From: Nemertoderma westbladi
Taxonomy: Eukaryota; Animalia; Xenacoelomorpha
DNA length: 64,000 nucleotides
Reading direction: 5' to 3'
Assembly: GCA_032718475.1 (NCBI GenBank)
Contig: JAUCBJ010007166.1
Span: forward strand, 62,001 to 126,000
A model generated the notes under the pieces. It was not told the origin of the DNA. It saw nothing but the letters and a program-made list of their open reading frames with translations, and ran no database searches. Position 1 is the first letter of the stretch, and each line of letters starts with the position of its first letter. The position numbers were made by a program, and so were the translations under genes. Positions 46,955 through 59,610 of this stretch are shown piece by piece.

Positions 46955-49900
46955 TGTTTCCTGTTCCCTGTTCCCTGTTCCCTGTCCCCTGCCCCCTGTT
47001 CCCTGTCCCCTGTTCCCTGTTCCCTGTTCCCTGCTCCCCGTTCCCTGTTCCCTGTTCCCTGTTCCCTGTTCCCTGTCCCCTGCCCCCTGTCCCCTGTTCC
47101 CTGTTCCCTGACCCCTGTTCCCTGTTCCCTGTTCCCTGTTCCCTGTCCCCTGCCCCCTGTCCCCTGTTCCCTGTTCCCTGTTCCCTGTTCCCTGTCCCCT
47201 GTTCCCTGCCCCCTGTTCCCTGTCCCCTGTTCCCTGTTCCCTGTTCCCTGTTCCCTGCTCCCCGTTCCCTGTTCCCTGTTCCCTGTTCCCTGTTCCCTGT
47301 TCCCTGTTCGCTGTTCCCTATTCCCTGTTCCCTGTCCCCTGCCCCCTGTCCCCTGTCCCCTGTTCCCTGTTCCCTGTTCCCTGTTCCCTGACCCCTGTTC
47401 CCTGTTCCCTGTTCCCTGTTCCCTGTCCCCTGTTCCCTGTTCCCTGTTCCCTGTCCCCTGTCCCCTGTCCCCTGTTCCCTGTTCCCTGTTCCCTGTTTCC
47501 TGTCCCCTGTTCCCTGTCCCCTGTTCCCTGTTCCCTGTCCCCTGTCCCCTGTTCCCTGTTCCCTGTCCCCTGTCCCCTGTTCCCTGTTCCCTGTTCCCTG
47601 TCCCTGTTCCCTGTTCCCTTCCCCCTGTTCCCTGTTCCCTGTTCCCTGTTCCCTGTTCCCTGTTCCCTGTTCCCTGTTCCCTGTCCCCTGTTCCCTGTTC
47701 CCTGTTCCCTGTCCCTGTTCCCTGTTCCCTTCCCCCTGTTCCCTGTTCCCTGTTCCCTGTTCCCTGTCCCCTGTTCCCTGTTCCCTGCCCCCTGTTCCCT
47801 GTTCCCTGTTCCCTGCTCCCTGTTCCCTGTCCCCTGTCCCCTGTTCCCTGTCCCCTGTTCCCTGTTCCCTGTCCCTGTTCCCTGTTCCCTGTTCCCTGTT
47901 CCCTGTCCCCTGTCCCCTGCCCCCTGTCCCCTGTTCCCTGTTCCCTGTTCCCTGTTCCCTGTCCCTGTTCCCTGTTCCCTGTTCCCTGTTCCCTGTTCCC
48001 TGTTCCCTGCCCCCTGTTCCCTGTTCCCTGTTCCCTGTTCCCTGTCCCCTGTTCCCTATTCCCTATTCCCTGTCCCTGTTCCCTGTTCCCTGTTCCCTGT
48101 TCCCTGTCCCCTGCCCCCTGTTCCCTGTTCCCTGTTCCCTGTTCCCTGTTCCCTGTCCCCTGCCCCCTGTCCCCTGTTCCCTGTTCCCTGTCCCTGTTCC
48201 CTGTTCCCTGCCCCCTGTTCCCTGTTCCCTGTTCCCTGTTCCCTGACCCCTGTTCCCTGTTCCCTGTTCCCTGTTCCCTGTCCCCTGTTCCCTATTCCCT
48301 ATTCCCTGTCCCTGTTCCCTGTTCCCTGTTCCCTGTTCCCTGTCCCCTGTCCCCTGCCCCCTGTTCCCTGTTCCCTGTTCCCTGTTCCCTGTCCCCTGCC
48401 CCCTGTCCCCTGTTCCCTGTTCCCTGTCCCTGTTCCCTGTTCCCTGCCCCCTGTTTCATGTTCCCTGTTCCCTGTTCCCTGTTCCCTGTCCCTGTTCCTG
48501 TTCCCTGTTCCCTGTTCCCTGTCCCCTGTCCCCTGCCCCCTGTCCCATGTTCCCTGTCCCCTGTTCCCTGTCCCCTGTTCCCTGTTCCCTGACCCTGTTC
48601 CCTGTTCCCTGTCCCTGTTCCCTGTTCCCTGCCCCCTGTTCCCTGTCCCCTGTTCCCTGTTCCCTGTCCCTGTCCCATGTCCCCTGTTCCCTGTTCCCTG
48701 TTCCCTGTCCCCTGTTCCCTGTTCCCTGTCCCCTGTTCCCTGTTCCCTGTCCCTGTTCCCTGTTCCCTGTTCCCTGTTCCCTGTCCCCTGCCCCCTGTCC
48801 CCTGTCCCCTGTCCCCTGTTCCCTGTCCCCTGTTCCCTGTCCCCTGTTCCATGTCCCCTGTCCCCTGTCCCCTGTCCCCTGCCCCCTGTTCCCTGTTCCC
48901 TGTTCCCTGTTCCCTGTTCCCTGTTCCCTGTTCCCTGTTCCCTGTCCCCTGCCCCCTGTTCCCTGTCCCCTGTTCCCTGTTCCCTGTCCCTGTTCCCTGC
49001 CCCCTGTTCCCTGTTCCCTGTTCCCTGTTCCCTGTTCCCTGCCCCCTGTTCCCTGTTCCCTGTCCCCTGTTCCCTGTTCCCGGTCCCCTGTCCCCTGTTC
49101 CCGGTCCCCTGTTCCCTGACCCCTGTTCCCTGTTCCCTGTTCCCTGTCCCCTGTTCCCTGTCCCCTGCCCCCTGTTCCCTGTTCCCTGTTCCCTGTCCCC
49201 TGTTCGCTGTTCCCGGTCCCCTGTTCCCTGCCCCCTGTTCCCTGTTCCCTGTCCCCTGTTCACTGCCCCCTGTTCCCTGTTACCTGTTCCCTGTCCCCTG
49301 TTCCCTGTTCCCGGTCCCCTGTTCCCTCCCCCCTGTTCCCTGTCCCCTGTTCCCTGTTCCCTGTTCCCTGTCCCCTGTTCCCTGTCCCTGTTCCCTGTTC
49401 CCTGTTCCCTGTTCCCTGTTCCCTGTTCCCTGTTCCCTGTCCCCTGTCCCCTGCCCCCTGTCCCCTGTCCCCTGTCCCCTGTTCCCTGTCCCCTGTTCCC
49501 TGTCCCCTGTCCCCTGCCCCCTGCCCCCTGCCCCCTGTCCCCTGTCCCCTGTTCCCTGTCCCCTGTTCCCTGTCCCCTGTCCCCTGTCCCCTGTCCCCTG
49601 TTCCCTGTCCCATGTTCCCTGTTCCCTGTCCCTGTTCCCTGTTCCCTATTCCCTGTTCCCTGTTCCCTGTTCCCTGTTCCCTGCCCCCTGTTCCCTGTTC
49701 CCTGTCCCCTGTCCCCTGCCCCCGTTCCCTGTTCCCTGTCCCCTGTCCCCTGCCCCCTGTCCCCTGTTCCCTGTCCCGTGTCCCCTGTCCCCTGTCCCCT
49801 GTTCCCTGTCCCCTGTTCCCTGTTCCCTGTTCCCTGTTCCCTGTTCCCTGTTCCCTGTCCCCTGTTCCCTGTTCCCGGTCCCCTGTTCCCTGCCCCATGT

Positions 49901-50425
49901 TCCCTGTTCCCTGTCCCCTGTTCCCTGCCCCCTGTTCCCTGTTCCCTGTCCCCTGTTCCCTGTTCCCGGTCCCCTGTTCCCTGCCCCCTGTTCCCTGTTC
50001 CCTGTCCCCTGTTCCCTGCCCCCTGTTCCCTGTTCCCTGTCCCCTGTTCCCTGTCCCCTGTTCCCTGTTCCCGGTCCCCTGTTCCCTGCCCCCTGTTCCC
50101 TGTCCCCTGTTCCCTGTTCCCTGTCAACTGTTCCCGGTCCCCTGTTCCCTGCCCCCTGTTCCCGGTCCCCTGTTCCCTGCCCCCTGTTCCCTGTCCCCCG
50201 TTCCCTGTCCCCTGTTCCCTGTTCCCTGTCCCCTGCCCCCTGTTCCCTGTTCCCTGTTCCCGGTCCCCTGTTCCCTGCCCCCTGTTCCCTGTTCCCTGTC
50301 CCCTGTTCCTTGCCCCCTGTTCCCTATTCCCTGTCCCCTGTTCCCTGCCCCCTGTTCCCTGTTTCCTGTTCCATGTTCCCTGTCCCCTGTTCCCCCTGTT
50401 CCCTGTTCCCTATCCCTGTCCCCGT
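46955..50425. repeat. Heptamer satellite, right arm
   Basis: Same units and the same diagnostic variant blocks as the left arm. Confidence 0.98.
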
Positions 50426-50442
50426 CACTGTCCTGGTCCTGC

Positions 50443-52615
50443 CGACTACTAGGATCGGCATGATGCATTGCAGCTGCATTTTTAAGAATGCTGTGTCGGC
50501 TTGTCAACAAAAATTGCACCGCCACAACTCCCTATCACCCATGACATTTGCTAGATCATCCGCATCTTCAAGGCCAGTGTCCTTTAAGATGCGTCTCAAG
50601 AAAGTCATGGGCTGTCCACCATGCTTATTCACTCCATGAGGCTGCCAAAGTACAAGATTATGCACTGGCTGGTCCTCACGGCGAAAGCAATGTCCTGCAA
50701 AGCGGAGGCGATTTTGTTCTAGTGTCAAGCTTGGGGGAACCAATGAGACACCTCCAATGTTATATATAGTGTCTGGTTGGAGATGTGTGCATTGTACTTG
50801 ACACAATGAACCCGGCGTAGCATTCTTGTGAATGTGCCATCCAAAGATTTGGTGTCCTCGGCAGTTAGAGCCCAGCATGGACTCCCATAGAGGAGTACTG
50901 GAACTACTGCTGCTCTAAATAATCGGACCTTAAGTTTCCGATTAATTCTTGGTGACTTCCAAATCCTGGAAAGCCTATTCAAGGCTGCCCATGCCTTTCC
51001 CTTACGTATTCGAAGGTCTTCCCTCACCTGATTTCCGGATCCAGGATCCCAGGTAACAGAAGTCGTCCACATGCTCAAGCATACCATCCTTTGAGCTTAT
51101 GCTCATCCGATCAGAGGCTTGCTGAGGACTTTCAAAGTTAACTGTCAAAATTTTGGTCTTTCTGGAGTTAATAAAAAGACCAACACTAGAAGCAGCATGT
51201 TCTAATGATTCTGAGAGTACTCCTAAGTCATCAGCAAAGTCAAAATCAGTTAGGTACTTGGCAGGATTTCCTCGACTTCTGGAGCCAGTAGGTGGAGTTA
51301 TCATCACCCCATCATCATTATGATGATCTAAGGACATGCGTAGAACATAGTCAACCACAATAATGAACAAGAATGGTGCAAGTGTGTCTCCTTGGAGGAC
51401 GCCCCATATCACTTCAAATGGTTCTGTGTCACCGTCAACAGTAGACACAAATGTTGTCGAACCATCATATACTGATCTGATTGCTGCAATAATTTCATCA
51501 GGAATCCCATATAATGAAAGCATGCTGAACATACGTGAGCGAGAGACTGAATCAAAGGCCTTGAAGAAGTTAACAAAGATAACAGCCAGGATTCATCAAT
51601 AGACCAATTCCACCATTGCCACTATCATCTGCTGACGCGAGGGCGAGTCGCCAATCGCCCCCCATGTCCTTAATCAGAACCTCATCAGTCTGTCCAGTCT
51701 GCATTCGGTGCTCTTGAACACCCACTGCACTAAGAGAAAGCTTATCTGCCAAGGCAGTCAGCTCACCTTGTCGCATTGGGGACCCGAGTGTTAGGGTGTT
51801 TACTGAGGCTAGTCTAGTGACTTGCCTCAGATTCACCAATGGCTTTGTTGGTCGGGGTGGAACATGAGAGTAGCCTCCAACTCCAGAATCCCTCTCCCCA
51901 TCACAATCTGGCCTCCCTGGTGACCCAGGGTTTGGGCCAGAAAGGTCATAAGGAAAGGGGCTCAAAGAATTGTTGGCTGCTCTCTCTCCAGTAGGGGGTG
52001 AGACAGGCAGCCGGTCAGGAGTTAACTGACGCCTGTGAGGCCGATTGTGTCCGGTAATTCCACTGGCCTCTAGTGGCCGGACCTCCGCATCATTACTAAT
52101 GTAATCCATAGTGGGGGTTGGGGGGTGCTTTTTTGCCGAGTCAGCTCTCGGGGCAAATACCACACCCTGGTTTGCCATTCCACAGGGTGGGTGTCGCAAT
52201 GGAGTCAGATATGAGGCCCATCACCCATATCTACTCTGGCGCACATGACCCACCATTGGCTGTTGCAGCTCATCTGCTGGGTCATGCCCTGTACCCTTGC
52301 TGCCAGGTGCAGGTCGCAGTGAAGTGCTCTCAGAGTGGACATGAGAACACTCTACTCCTGACCAGCCATTGGTAGATCACCATCTGCCTGGTCAGGCCAT
52401 ACACGCCTGCTGCCAAGTAAATGGGTCCTTAATCCAGGACCAAGGGCGCCCTTATCCCAGAACGAAGGGGGTCCTAGTTACAGGACCAGATTTGCCCTAG
52501 TAAGAGGGTCTATGCAGCTACAGGTGGCACCTACTTTATGCTGCATGGAGGTGGCAAGTTTTCTTGATCAATGACCTAGAATACCTGACCTGACAACAGC
52601 CGGGAACGGCTTAAG
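50443..52615 (-). mobile_element. RTE-clade LINE with 5' UTR, internally deleted between the APE start and RT
   Basis: APE start (RLASVNTLTL..VGVQEHR..GNGGIGLL) is fused near 51590 to RT (FVNFFKAFDS, GVLQGDTLAPFLF, FADDL, RLRFAGHC). TAG-type tail near 50445. Confidence 0.88.
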
Positions 52616-52747
52616 TTTAACATGCAACTTAATAATCTCTAATATAAATAATATATAAAGCGTACTAAAAAGCAAGGGAAACCGTAAGTTAATAGTTTAA
52701 TTATTAGTAGTTAAAATTGATGTTAAATACATTTAATACAATAAGAT

Positions 52748-53641
52748 ATGTCAAAGATGGTTATGAGTTCTCCAATTAGACTTTATTTGACTTCTATATT
52801 CGCGCTCTTTATGAGCAATGCGTTGGTCGCCATCGTTGAATCACACAATCCTGATGGCGCGATTAACCCGGCGGACACGGCTCACGGCGGCGTTGCTATG
52901 GGAATACCGGACATCAACTGCGACGACGGAATTCATGGGATCGCGGTTGACTGGTACTGCGACAAAGAGGCCTACAGTTGCGGCAAAACCTACGAGTCGA
53001 GCGGAGAAAGTTCCGAGGAATCAAGTGATGAGGAAATCGTCTCTCAAATAATTTGCGAAAATGAAACAAAAGACTCACTTCATAAATGTCTATCGGAGGA
53101 AATTTGTTACCATGGGTTACCGATGAGTGGTCCCCATCGACCACTGTGGCCTCGCTATGGGGAATATGAATTCATCCCACCACAAAGATGGGTTCACACA
53201 TTAGAACATGGGGCTGCTGTGTTTCTATACCATCCATGCGCTTCAAAACAACAGGTTGATGAATTGAAGGCAGTAGCTCGTTCTTGTCTTAGGAAACACA
53301 TCATTACACCATCGAAATTGGTTTCTCGGCAACGACCCTATGTCATAGTGACTTTCGGTTGTAGATTGGAGATGAGGAAGGTCGAGTCAGGGCTAGCTCG
53401 TGATTATCTGCGTAGTTGCGCTGTTCGTGGCCCGACTAACGTGTTGGAAGAGACCGGAAAACCGTCGTTTTGTTTCCAGGCGCCAGAAGCTACACCAAAA
53501 GATGGTCAGTATAGTTTGGGTTTACTGCAGCCAGCCTGTGAGGTTCCGGGAAGCGATATCAGCGATGCGAACATATGTCCTGAGGGTATCTATGACAACC
53601 AATGCGATGAGGGAATTCTAAAGAGTTCTTGCGACGTATAA
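52748..53641 (+). CDS. Intronless secreted DUF3105-domain protein (TP53I13-like), 297 aa
   Basis: Hydrophobic signal-like N-terminus and the motif Y..LPMSGPHRPLWPRYGEY..IPPQRWVHTLEHGAAVFLYHPC. AATAAA overlaps the stop codon. Confidence 0.85.
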   Translation: MSKMVMSSPIRLYLTSIFALFMSNALVAIVESHNPDGAINPADTAHGGVAMGIPDINCDDGIHGIAVDWYCDKEAYSCGKTYESSGESSEESSDEEIVSQIICENETKDSLHKCLSEEICYHGLPMSGPHRPLWPRYGEYEFIPPQRWVHTLEHGAAVFLYHPCASKQQVDELKAVARSCLRKHIITPSKLVSRQRPYVIVTFGCRLEMRKVESGLARDYLRSCAVRGPTNVLEETGKPSFCFQAPEATPKDGQYSLGLLQPACEVPGSDISDANICPEGIYDNQCDEGILKSSCDV

Positions 53642-54984
53642 TAAATATTATTTATGTTTGGGGTTCTTTGTAGTTTGTAGTTTGTGGGTCTGTAGTTTCC
53701 AAAAATGTGTTAAATATTACTTGTTGGTGCTGCTTTTTAAGGATAATTTTCAATTGAAATGCAACTAAATGTTAAAGCAAAAACAGTTGTTTTCTATGAT
53801 GGATGGACGAATTGGTATTGAGACACCGTGGCAAGACGAAGCGGGCTAGACTTTAAAGTACTCCACAGACATGGTGCTTCCGTAGTATAAGCGCATTTGC
53901 ACTTCAATTTCTCAAACATTTAAAATTTATTGTTAATTTTAGCATATTGCTATGGAAACTCGCTAAAATTAATTTTGTATAATTTTAAAAAATAATTGTT
54001 CAATAAATGGTGTTTTTTATCATTAATTATCGCTTTTGTCTACATATTGCTGGGGCATCAAACCAGTATTATATCTGTATAATCTTGGTTTTTCAAGGTA
54101 TCGATGTAATATCGAGGAAATATACTCCAAACCAAGGCCATCCTAATATAAGACCTGCTCAGTACATTCTAGAATACCTTGATCAGCTGATATAAGAAGA
54201 ACTTTTTGGAAATTATTTTTGAAAATACTGAAACACCAGATTAAAGCAATTACTTGCAGTATTTTGATCATTTGCACCTGTAAATAGGATTTAAATCTTA
54301 CAATGCATGGACCACGTATAGCATGCTTAATGTTTGTCAGCAAAAAAATCTGAGAAAAACTACTAAAGATACACTTTTTAAGAGCGTGCCCGCCCATTAA
54401 CAAGGATATTGGCCGCACTCGCTTCGTCAATCTATCAATGGGCAAGAACTACCTTTACAAAATTCCTGTCGATGCTTTATTTTTCTTGATCTGAAAGAAC
54501 CAGATCAACCAATAACCTATACTGGCCAGTATTAGAGGGCCATCAATAGCCAGTATTACTGGTCATTGCTTTGGCCCCAGCACTAGTGCCTCCTATTGTG
54601 TCTCCATTCTTATGTGGCTACTCAGAGAGCGGAATAACCAAGTCAAAACGCCATTATTATAGAGTTATATATACTGCAAGGCTATTAACGCTTATATACG
54701 GATCTACAGACACACAGGTTAAGATAGTGATACCCGTATCCTATAAACTCGCGTAATATTTTTGTTGCTCGCCCACACATACTAAATCTATCATTGTGGA
54801 TGTCCATATTGTGCATGCGGTGGTGTAATTAGAGTTATTTATTTTAATGGATATTATAATATCGCATTGACGCAATAGTGTAAGTAATTTCTTCAACTTT
54901 TGTTCAATATAGCAACACCAAATTGATTGTTGTAAAGGTGCCGACAACGCCTGCAGCGGTTCGATTAAACCCACTGTGAATCTA

Positions 54985-56630
54985 AAGGAGGGCCTCAATG
55001 GTTGGAAGGCCCACTTCGAAAAGCTCCTCAATAATGACAGGGTATTGCCTGATAACTTTACAGAAGGAAAGTTCCCAAGAAGGGCAACCTAACACTCTAA
55101 TGGAATCCCATTGATCCCGCTTGCTGCAAAGCTATACAATATAATTCTGTTAAATCGCATCAGGGATCCCCCACTGAGCGACTGCTCCGTGGAAATCAGA
55201 ATGGGTTCCGTAAAGGTCGTGGGACCATGGAGCCCATTTTGGCACATAGAAGGATAATTCAAGAGTCATCAAAAAAGAAAGACAGACATCTGGCTGTTAT
55301 CTTGGTTGACTTCTTCAAGGCCTTTGATTCAGTCTCTCGCTCACGTATGTTCAGCATACTTTCATTATATGGGATTCCTGATGAAATTATTGCAACAATC
55401 AGATCAGTATAGGATGGTTCGACGACATTTGTGTCTACTGTTGACGGTGACACAGAACCATTCGAAATGTTTTGGTGAATCTTCCAGGGAGACATACTTG
55501 CACCATTCTTGTTCATAATTGTTGTTGACTATGTTCTACGCATGTCCTTAGATCATTATAAAGATGATGGGGTGATGATAACTCCACCTACTGGCTCCAG
55601 AAGTCGAGGAAATCCTGCCAAGTACCTAACTGATCTAGACTTTCCTAGAGGTTCCACCTTGGTGTAGTGGTCGCATTGAATTCACATCTCCCATAGGTCG
55701 TGGGTGCCATCCAGGGCGCATCTCTGCCTTGCATCCTGAAGTGGTAGCTAAATGAATACTGGAGTTTCCTCTGGGGAATAAAGTTCTGGGGGGACCGCAC
55801 TGGAAATAAGTCGTCAGACTTTGTGCGTAATCCCTGGCCTAGTGGCCGAAGAAAATTTACTATTTTTACTTTGCTGGTGACTTAGGAGTACTCTCAGTAT
55901 CACTAGAGGGAGTCCAACGGCTCCTCAGCTCATTATAACATGCTGCTTCTAGTGTTGGTCTTTTTATTAACTCCAGAAAGACCAAAATTTTGACAGTTAA
56001 CTTTGAAAGTCCTCAGCAAGTCTCTGACCGGATGAGCATAAGCTCAAAGGATGGTATGCTTGAGCATGTGGACGACTTCTGTTACCTGGGATCATGGATC
56101 CGGAAGTCAGATGAGGACCTTCGAATACGTAAGGGAAAGGCATGGGCAGCCTTGAATAGGCTTTCCAGGATTTGGAAGTCACATAGAATTAATCGGAAAC
56201 TTAAGGTCCGATTATTTAGAGCAGCTGTAGTTCCAGTACTCCTCTATGGGAGTCCATGCTAGGCTCTAACTGCTGCGGACACCAAATATCTGGATGGCAC
56301 ATTCACAAGAATGCTACACCGGGTTCATTGTGTCAAGTACAATGCACGCATCTCCAACCAAACACTATATAACAATGGAGGTGTCTCATTGGTTCCCCCA
56401 AGCTTGACACTAGAACAAAATCGCCTCCGCTTTGCAGGACATTGCTTTCGCCGTGAAGACCAGCCTGTGCATAATCTTGTACTTTGGCAGCCTCATGGAG
56501 TGAATAAGGATGGTGGACCTGGACAGCCCATGACTTTCTTGAGACGCATCTTAACGGATACTGGCCTTGAAGATGCGGATGATCTAGCAAATGTAATGGG
56601 TGATAGGGAGTTGTGGCGGCGCAATTTTGT
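54985..56630 (+). mobile_element. RTE LINE RT fragment, near-identical inverted copy of 50500-51590
   Basis: QNGFRKGRGT, VDFFKAFDS, KVRLFRAAVVPVLLYGS, RLRFAGHC; several stops. Confidence 0.9.
55644..55867 (+). mobile_element. tRNA-derived SINE inserted in the RTE RT
   Basis: Interrupts the DF(A)DD codons, with ACTTT duplicated at 55639-55643 and 55868-55872. A-box-like TGGTGTAGTGG. The central GCCTTGCATCCTGAAGTGGTAGCTAAATGAATAC resembles the MetaSINE core (from memory, unverified). Confidence 0.7.
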
Positions 56631-57057
56631 CGACAATTTTGTTTGGGTAATTTCATCTCCCAAGTCAGTTTTACCAAGTCTGTCTGTCAGTCTGTCCGTC
56701 AAACAGACAATGAAAACAGCGGATGTCCGTCTGTCTGTCAAATATGTCTGACAGAAAAACAGCTAGTTTGGATGACATCAAAAATCAAAACTGATATCGG
56801 AAATGAAATTAGCGCCCTCGGAAACCTCAGTAGTGAAAAGCTTTCACTACTAAAGAAGACAGAACTGAGAAGTTAGCTTGTTATAAGTAATTAGTATATT
56901 TTGACGGACAGACGGACAGTCAGACAGACAAGATTTGAACATTTGAGATTTCAATGCGAACTTCAAAAACATAAGTTCTGGATTAATTTGCCCGGATCCG
57001 GGACCAGAGCCAGAAAATTGGCCCGGAGCTCTGGAGCTCTGTTGCATCCCTAGTCGG

Positions 57058-57490
57058 GTTCACTTCACTGTGTCAAGTACAATGCACACATCTCCAACCA
57101 GACATTATATAAAATTGGAGGTGTCTAATAGGTTCCCCCAAGCTTGATACTAGAACAAAGCCGCCTCCACATTGCAGGACATTGTTTTTACCGTGACATT
57201 GTTTTCACCGTTTTCACCTGTGCACAATATTGTTCTTTGGCAGCCCCATGGAGAAAATAAGCCTGGTGGACAGCCCATGACTTTTTGTGAGACGCCTCCT
57301 AAACGACACTGGCCTTGAAGATGCGGATAATCTCGCGAAAGTCAAGGGGGATAGGGAATTGTGGCGGTGCAACTTTGTTGCTAACCCGGCAAAGCATTAT
57401 TAATGCACCCTGCATTATTATTGGGACTGCCAATTAATTGCATCTCAATACGCAGTTTCAATGCAGCAGACCGATTAGTATTAGTAGTGC
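57058..57490 (+). mobile_element. RTE LINE 3' end fragment
   Basis: Diverged copy of 56320-56630, ending in TAGTATTAGTAGT. Confidence 0.85.
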
Positions 57491-59256
57491 TGTGGTAATG
57501 TGACTCTAAAAGGGTATTCATGCATAAGCAAGCGTACAGGAACCATTTCCAGTGGGGGTGGGGCAGAGTATTAAACGCTTTGTTGAGTTGGAGGTGTAAA
57601 AAGTGTAAAAAATAATTTAATATGGTGGTTCACAATTATTAGTGAAAAGTTATTTACTAGTATGAAAAAATTATGCGTATGTGAATTTATTGTAAAAAAA
57701 CTATGTAAATTTTGGGGAAGTGACGCAATTGGGATTGAATTATGATTACATTTGTAACCCCCCCACCGCTCTCCAATGTAATGAATCTTTAACAGTCAAC
57801 AAATTGATTGTAATAATCCTATGAGGAAATTTATAGCAAAAAAAAACTCACGAATAATATAATAATATAAATATAAACAAGAGGAACAATGAAAGGCGAG
57901 TGATGGACTGGAAATAATGGCACAAAAAAAGCAGAAATCATAGATTGTAAACTGGGCACCAACTCAATTTAAATCGATATTATAATTGTAATAAATAACA
58001 TATAAACACACCGATAATCGGAGCCAGAAAATACAGCCAGCCTTTCTTTCATACAGAAGATAATAATCACATCACATACCTATTTGAAATATAACCAAGT
58101 TAATTTTTAGGTTAGAATAGGTTTAGATTGTTTTGTTGTGTATAGACTTTAGTTGCTCAGATCAAAACGCAAATGAATACAATAATGTAACCAGCCCAGC
58201 GTTAACACCGCTCTAACTAAATCAAGTACTGTTTTGATTTCGAGCTTATGACTTATGGTTAGGGTTATGATGAATTTTAAATTTGGTAACATCATTATTT
58301 TTATACAAAACTTTGAAATGTCAGAGGATAAAAATTAGATAATTGAAAACAAATTAAAATATGTAAAAATAAAATTTAAAAATTGTTTAGATATTAAAAA
58401 GGCTGTTATTGTAGTAGACAGATATAGACCACCACGGCAGACAAAGTCAGACGGCAGAGTATTATATTGTAATGATAACTAAACACTACGCAACGCAGAC
58501 ACAAACAACCAAATGCATGGTTAAAGAATATAGACGCGACCACGCAGTAAACCAACGGACAGCAGGTAAAACAGAAGAGATGGTCTATAATAATAGAGTT
58601 ACCCAGGCACCGGCGATAGAAAGGAAAGATAGTCCACCAACACTAACAGCCACCGCCACCCTGAGAGATAAGAAAAGAGTTTAAATAAGTTCGACAAACA
58701 CCAAACAATTTAGAATAAGTAGATTTGCAAAGATTATTAATAGGTAAATCAAAATAGACAAACAGGAGTTAATCTAAAACTAATCGCAATTCATCCGTCG
58801 CAATTTTTTTATTCTACTTATTCTTCGCTACTTAATTAAAATAAAACACACAGACCGAGTTTCAGCCAATAAAATAAATAAACCCTCTATAACTCATATA
58901 ATATACACACTGGCATGTCGATTAAATTGTTGCATAAAATAAAACATGATGTAACATAAGATAAACTCCAACACCAGACGGTTCATCCGATTATTTTCCA
59001 TAAATTCGATTCTTTCACAATAAAATAATAATAATTGCGCTTCTCCCCATGTAATATAGATGGAACCCTATCTCGAGTCACCCAAAGTAGTTCCATACAG
59101 TGATGTACCGGTTACTTCTATATTTAGCAGTTTTAGGGACTATAGTTAGGTACCATTAGTAAAACAATAATTATTCATATAAGAAAACATAAATTTGTAA
59201 AATAACCGCGAAAAATGGATAACTTACCGGTATTTAGTATAACTTTATTCTATAGA

Positions 59257-59487
59257 AGAATTACTTTCTTTCACTAGAATTACTTTCTTTCACTAGAATT
59301 GCATTATTTTACTAGAATTAGTTTATTTTACTAGAATTTGTTTATTTTACTAGAATTACTTTATTTTACTAGAATCACTTTATTTTACTAGAATTACTTT
59401 CTTTCACTAGAATTACTTTCTCTCACTAGAATTACTTTCTTTTATTATAATAATTACTTTACTTCACTAGAATTAGTTTCTTTCACA
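59257..59487. repeat. 19-bp minisatellite, about 12 copies
   Basis: AGAATTACTTTCTTTCACT and variants in tandem. Confidence 0.9.
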
Positions 59488-59527
59488 GTACTGAGTCTCA
59501 TTAGTTTCCGAAATAACTTTTGCTCGT

Positions 59528-59610
59528 GCGAAAGGTAGCTCAGTCGACAGATCGGCGGAGTTTTGATATTATTTATTAGGTTCGAGACCCAACTGCGGCA
59601 GTATTATTTT
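59528..59610 (+). mobile_element. Degenerate tRNA-like SINE head
   Basis: A box GTAGCTCAGTCG and B box GGTTCGAGACCC; no intact cloverleaf. Confidence 0.45.

Noticed and set aside
37138-50425. Cyanobacterial STRR-like heptamers (contamination) or a telomeric array
   Set aside because: The array is kilobases long, interstitial, heterogeneous and joined to animal-type LINEs on both sides. There are no bacterial genes and no TTAGGG-like unit.
37050-50525. Long ORFs of FPVPCSL / GNREQGT repeats
   Set aside because: Translations of a stop-free heptamer satellite, open in several frames on both strands; not genes.
52244-52396. Hammerhead ribozyme in the RTE 5' UTR
   Set aside because: CAGATGA resembles CUGAUGA, but the GAAA core and third stem are missing.
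59257-59487. CRISPR-like array
   Set aside because: Contiguous 19-bp units without unique spacers, no cas genes, eukaryotic context.
59528-59610. Functional tRNA gene
   Set aside because: A and B boxes are present, but there is no acceptor or anticodon stem pairing.
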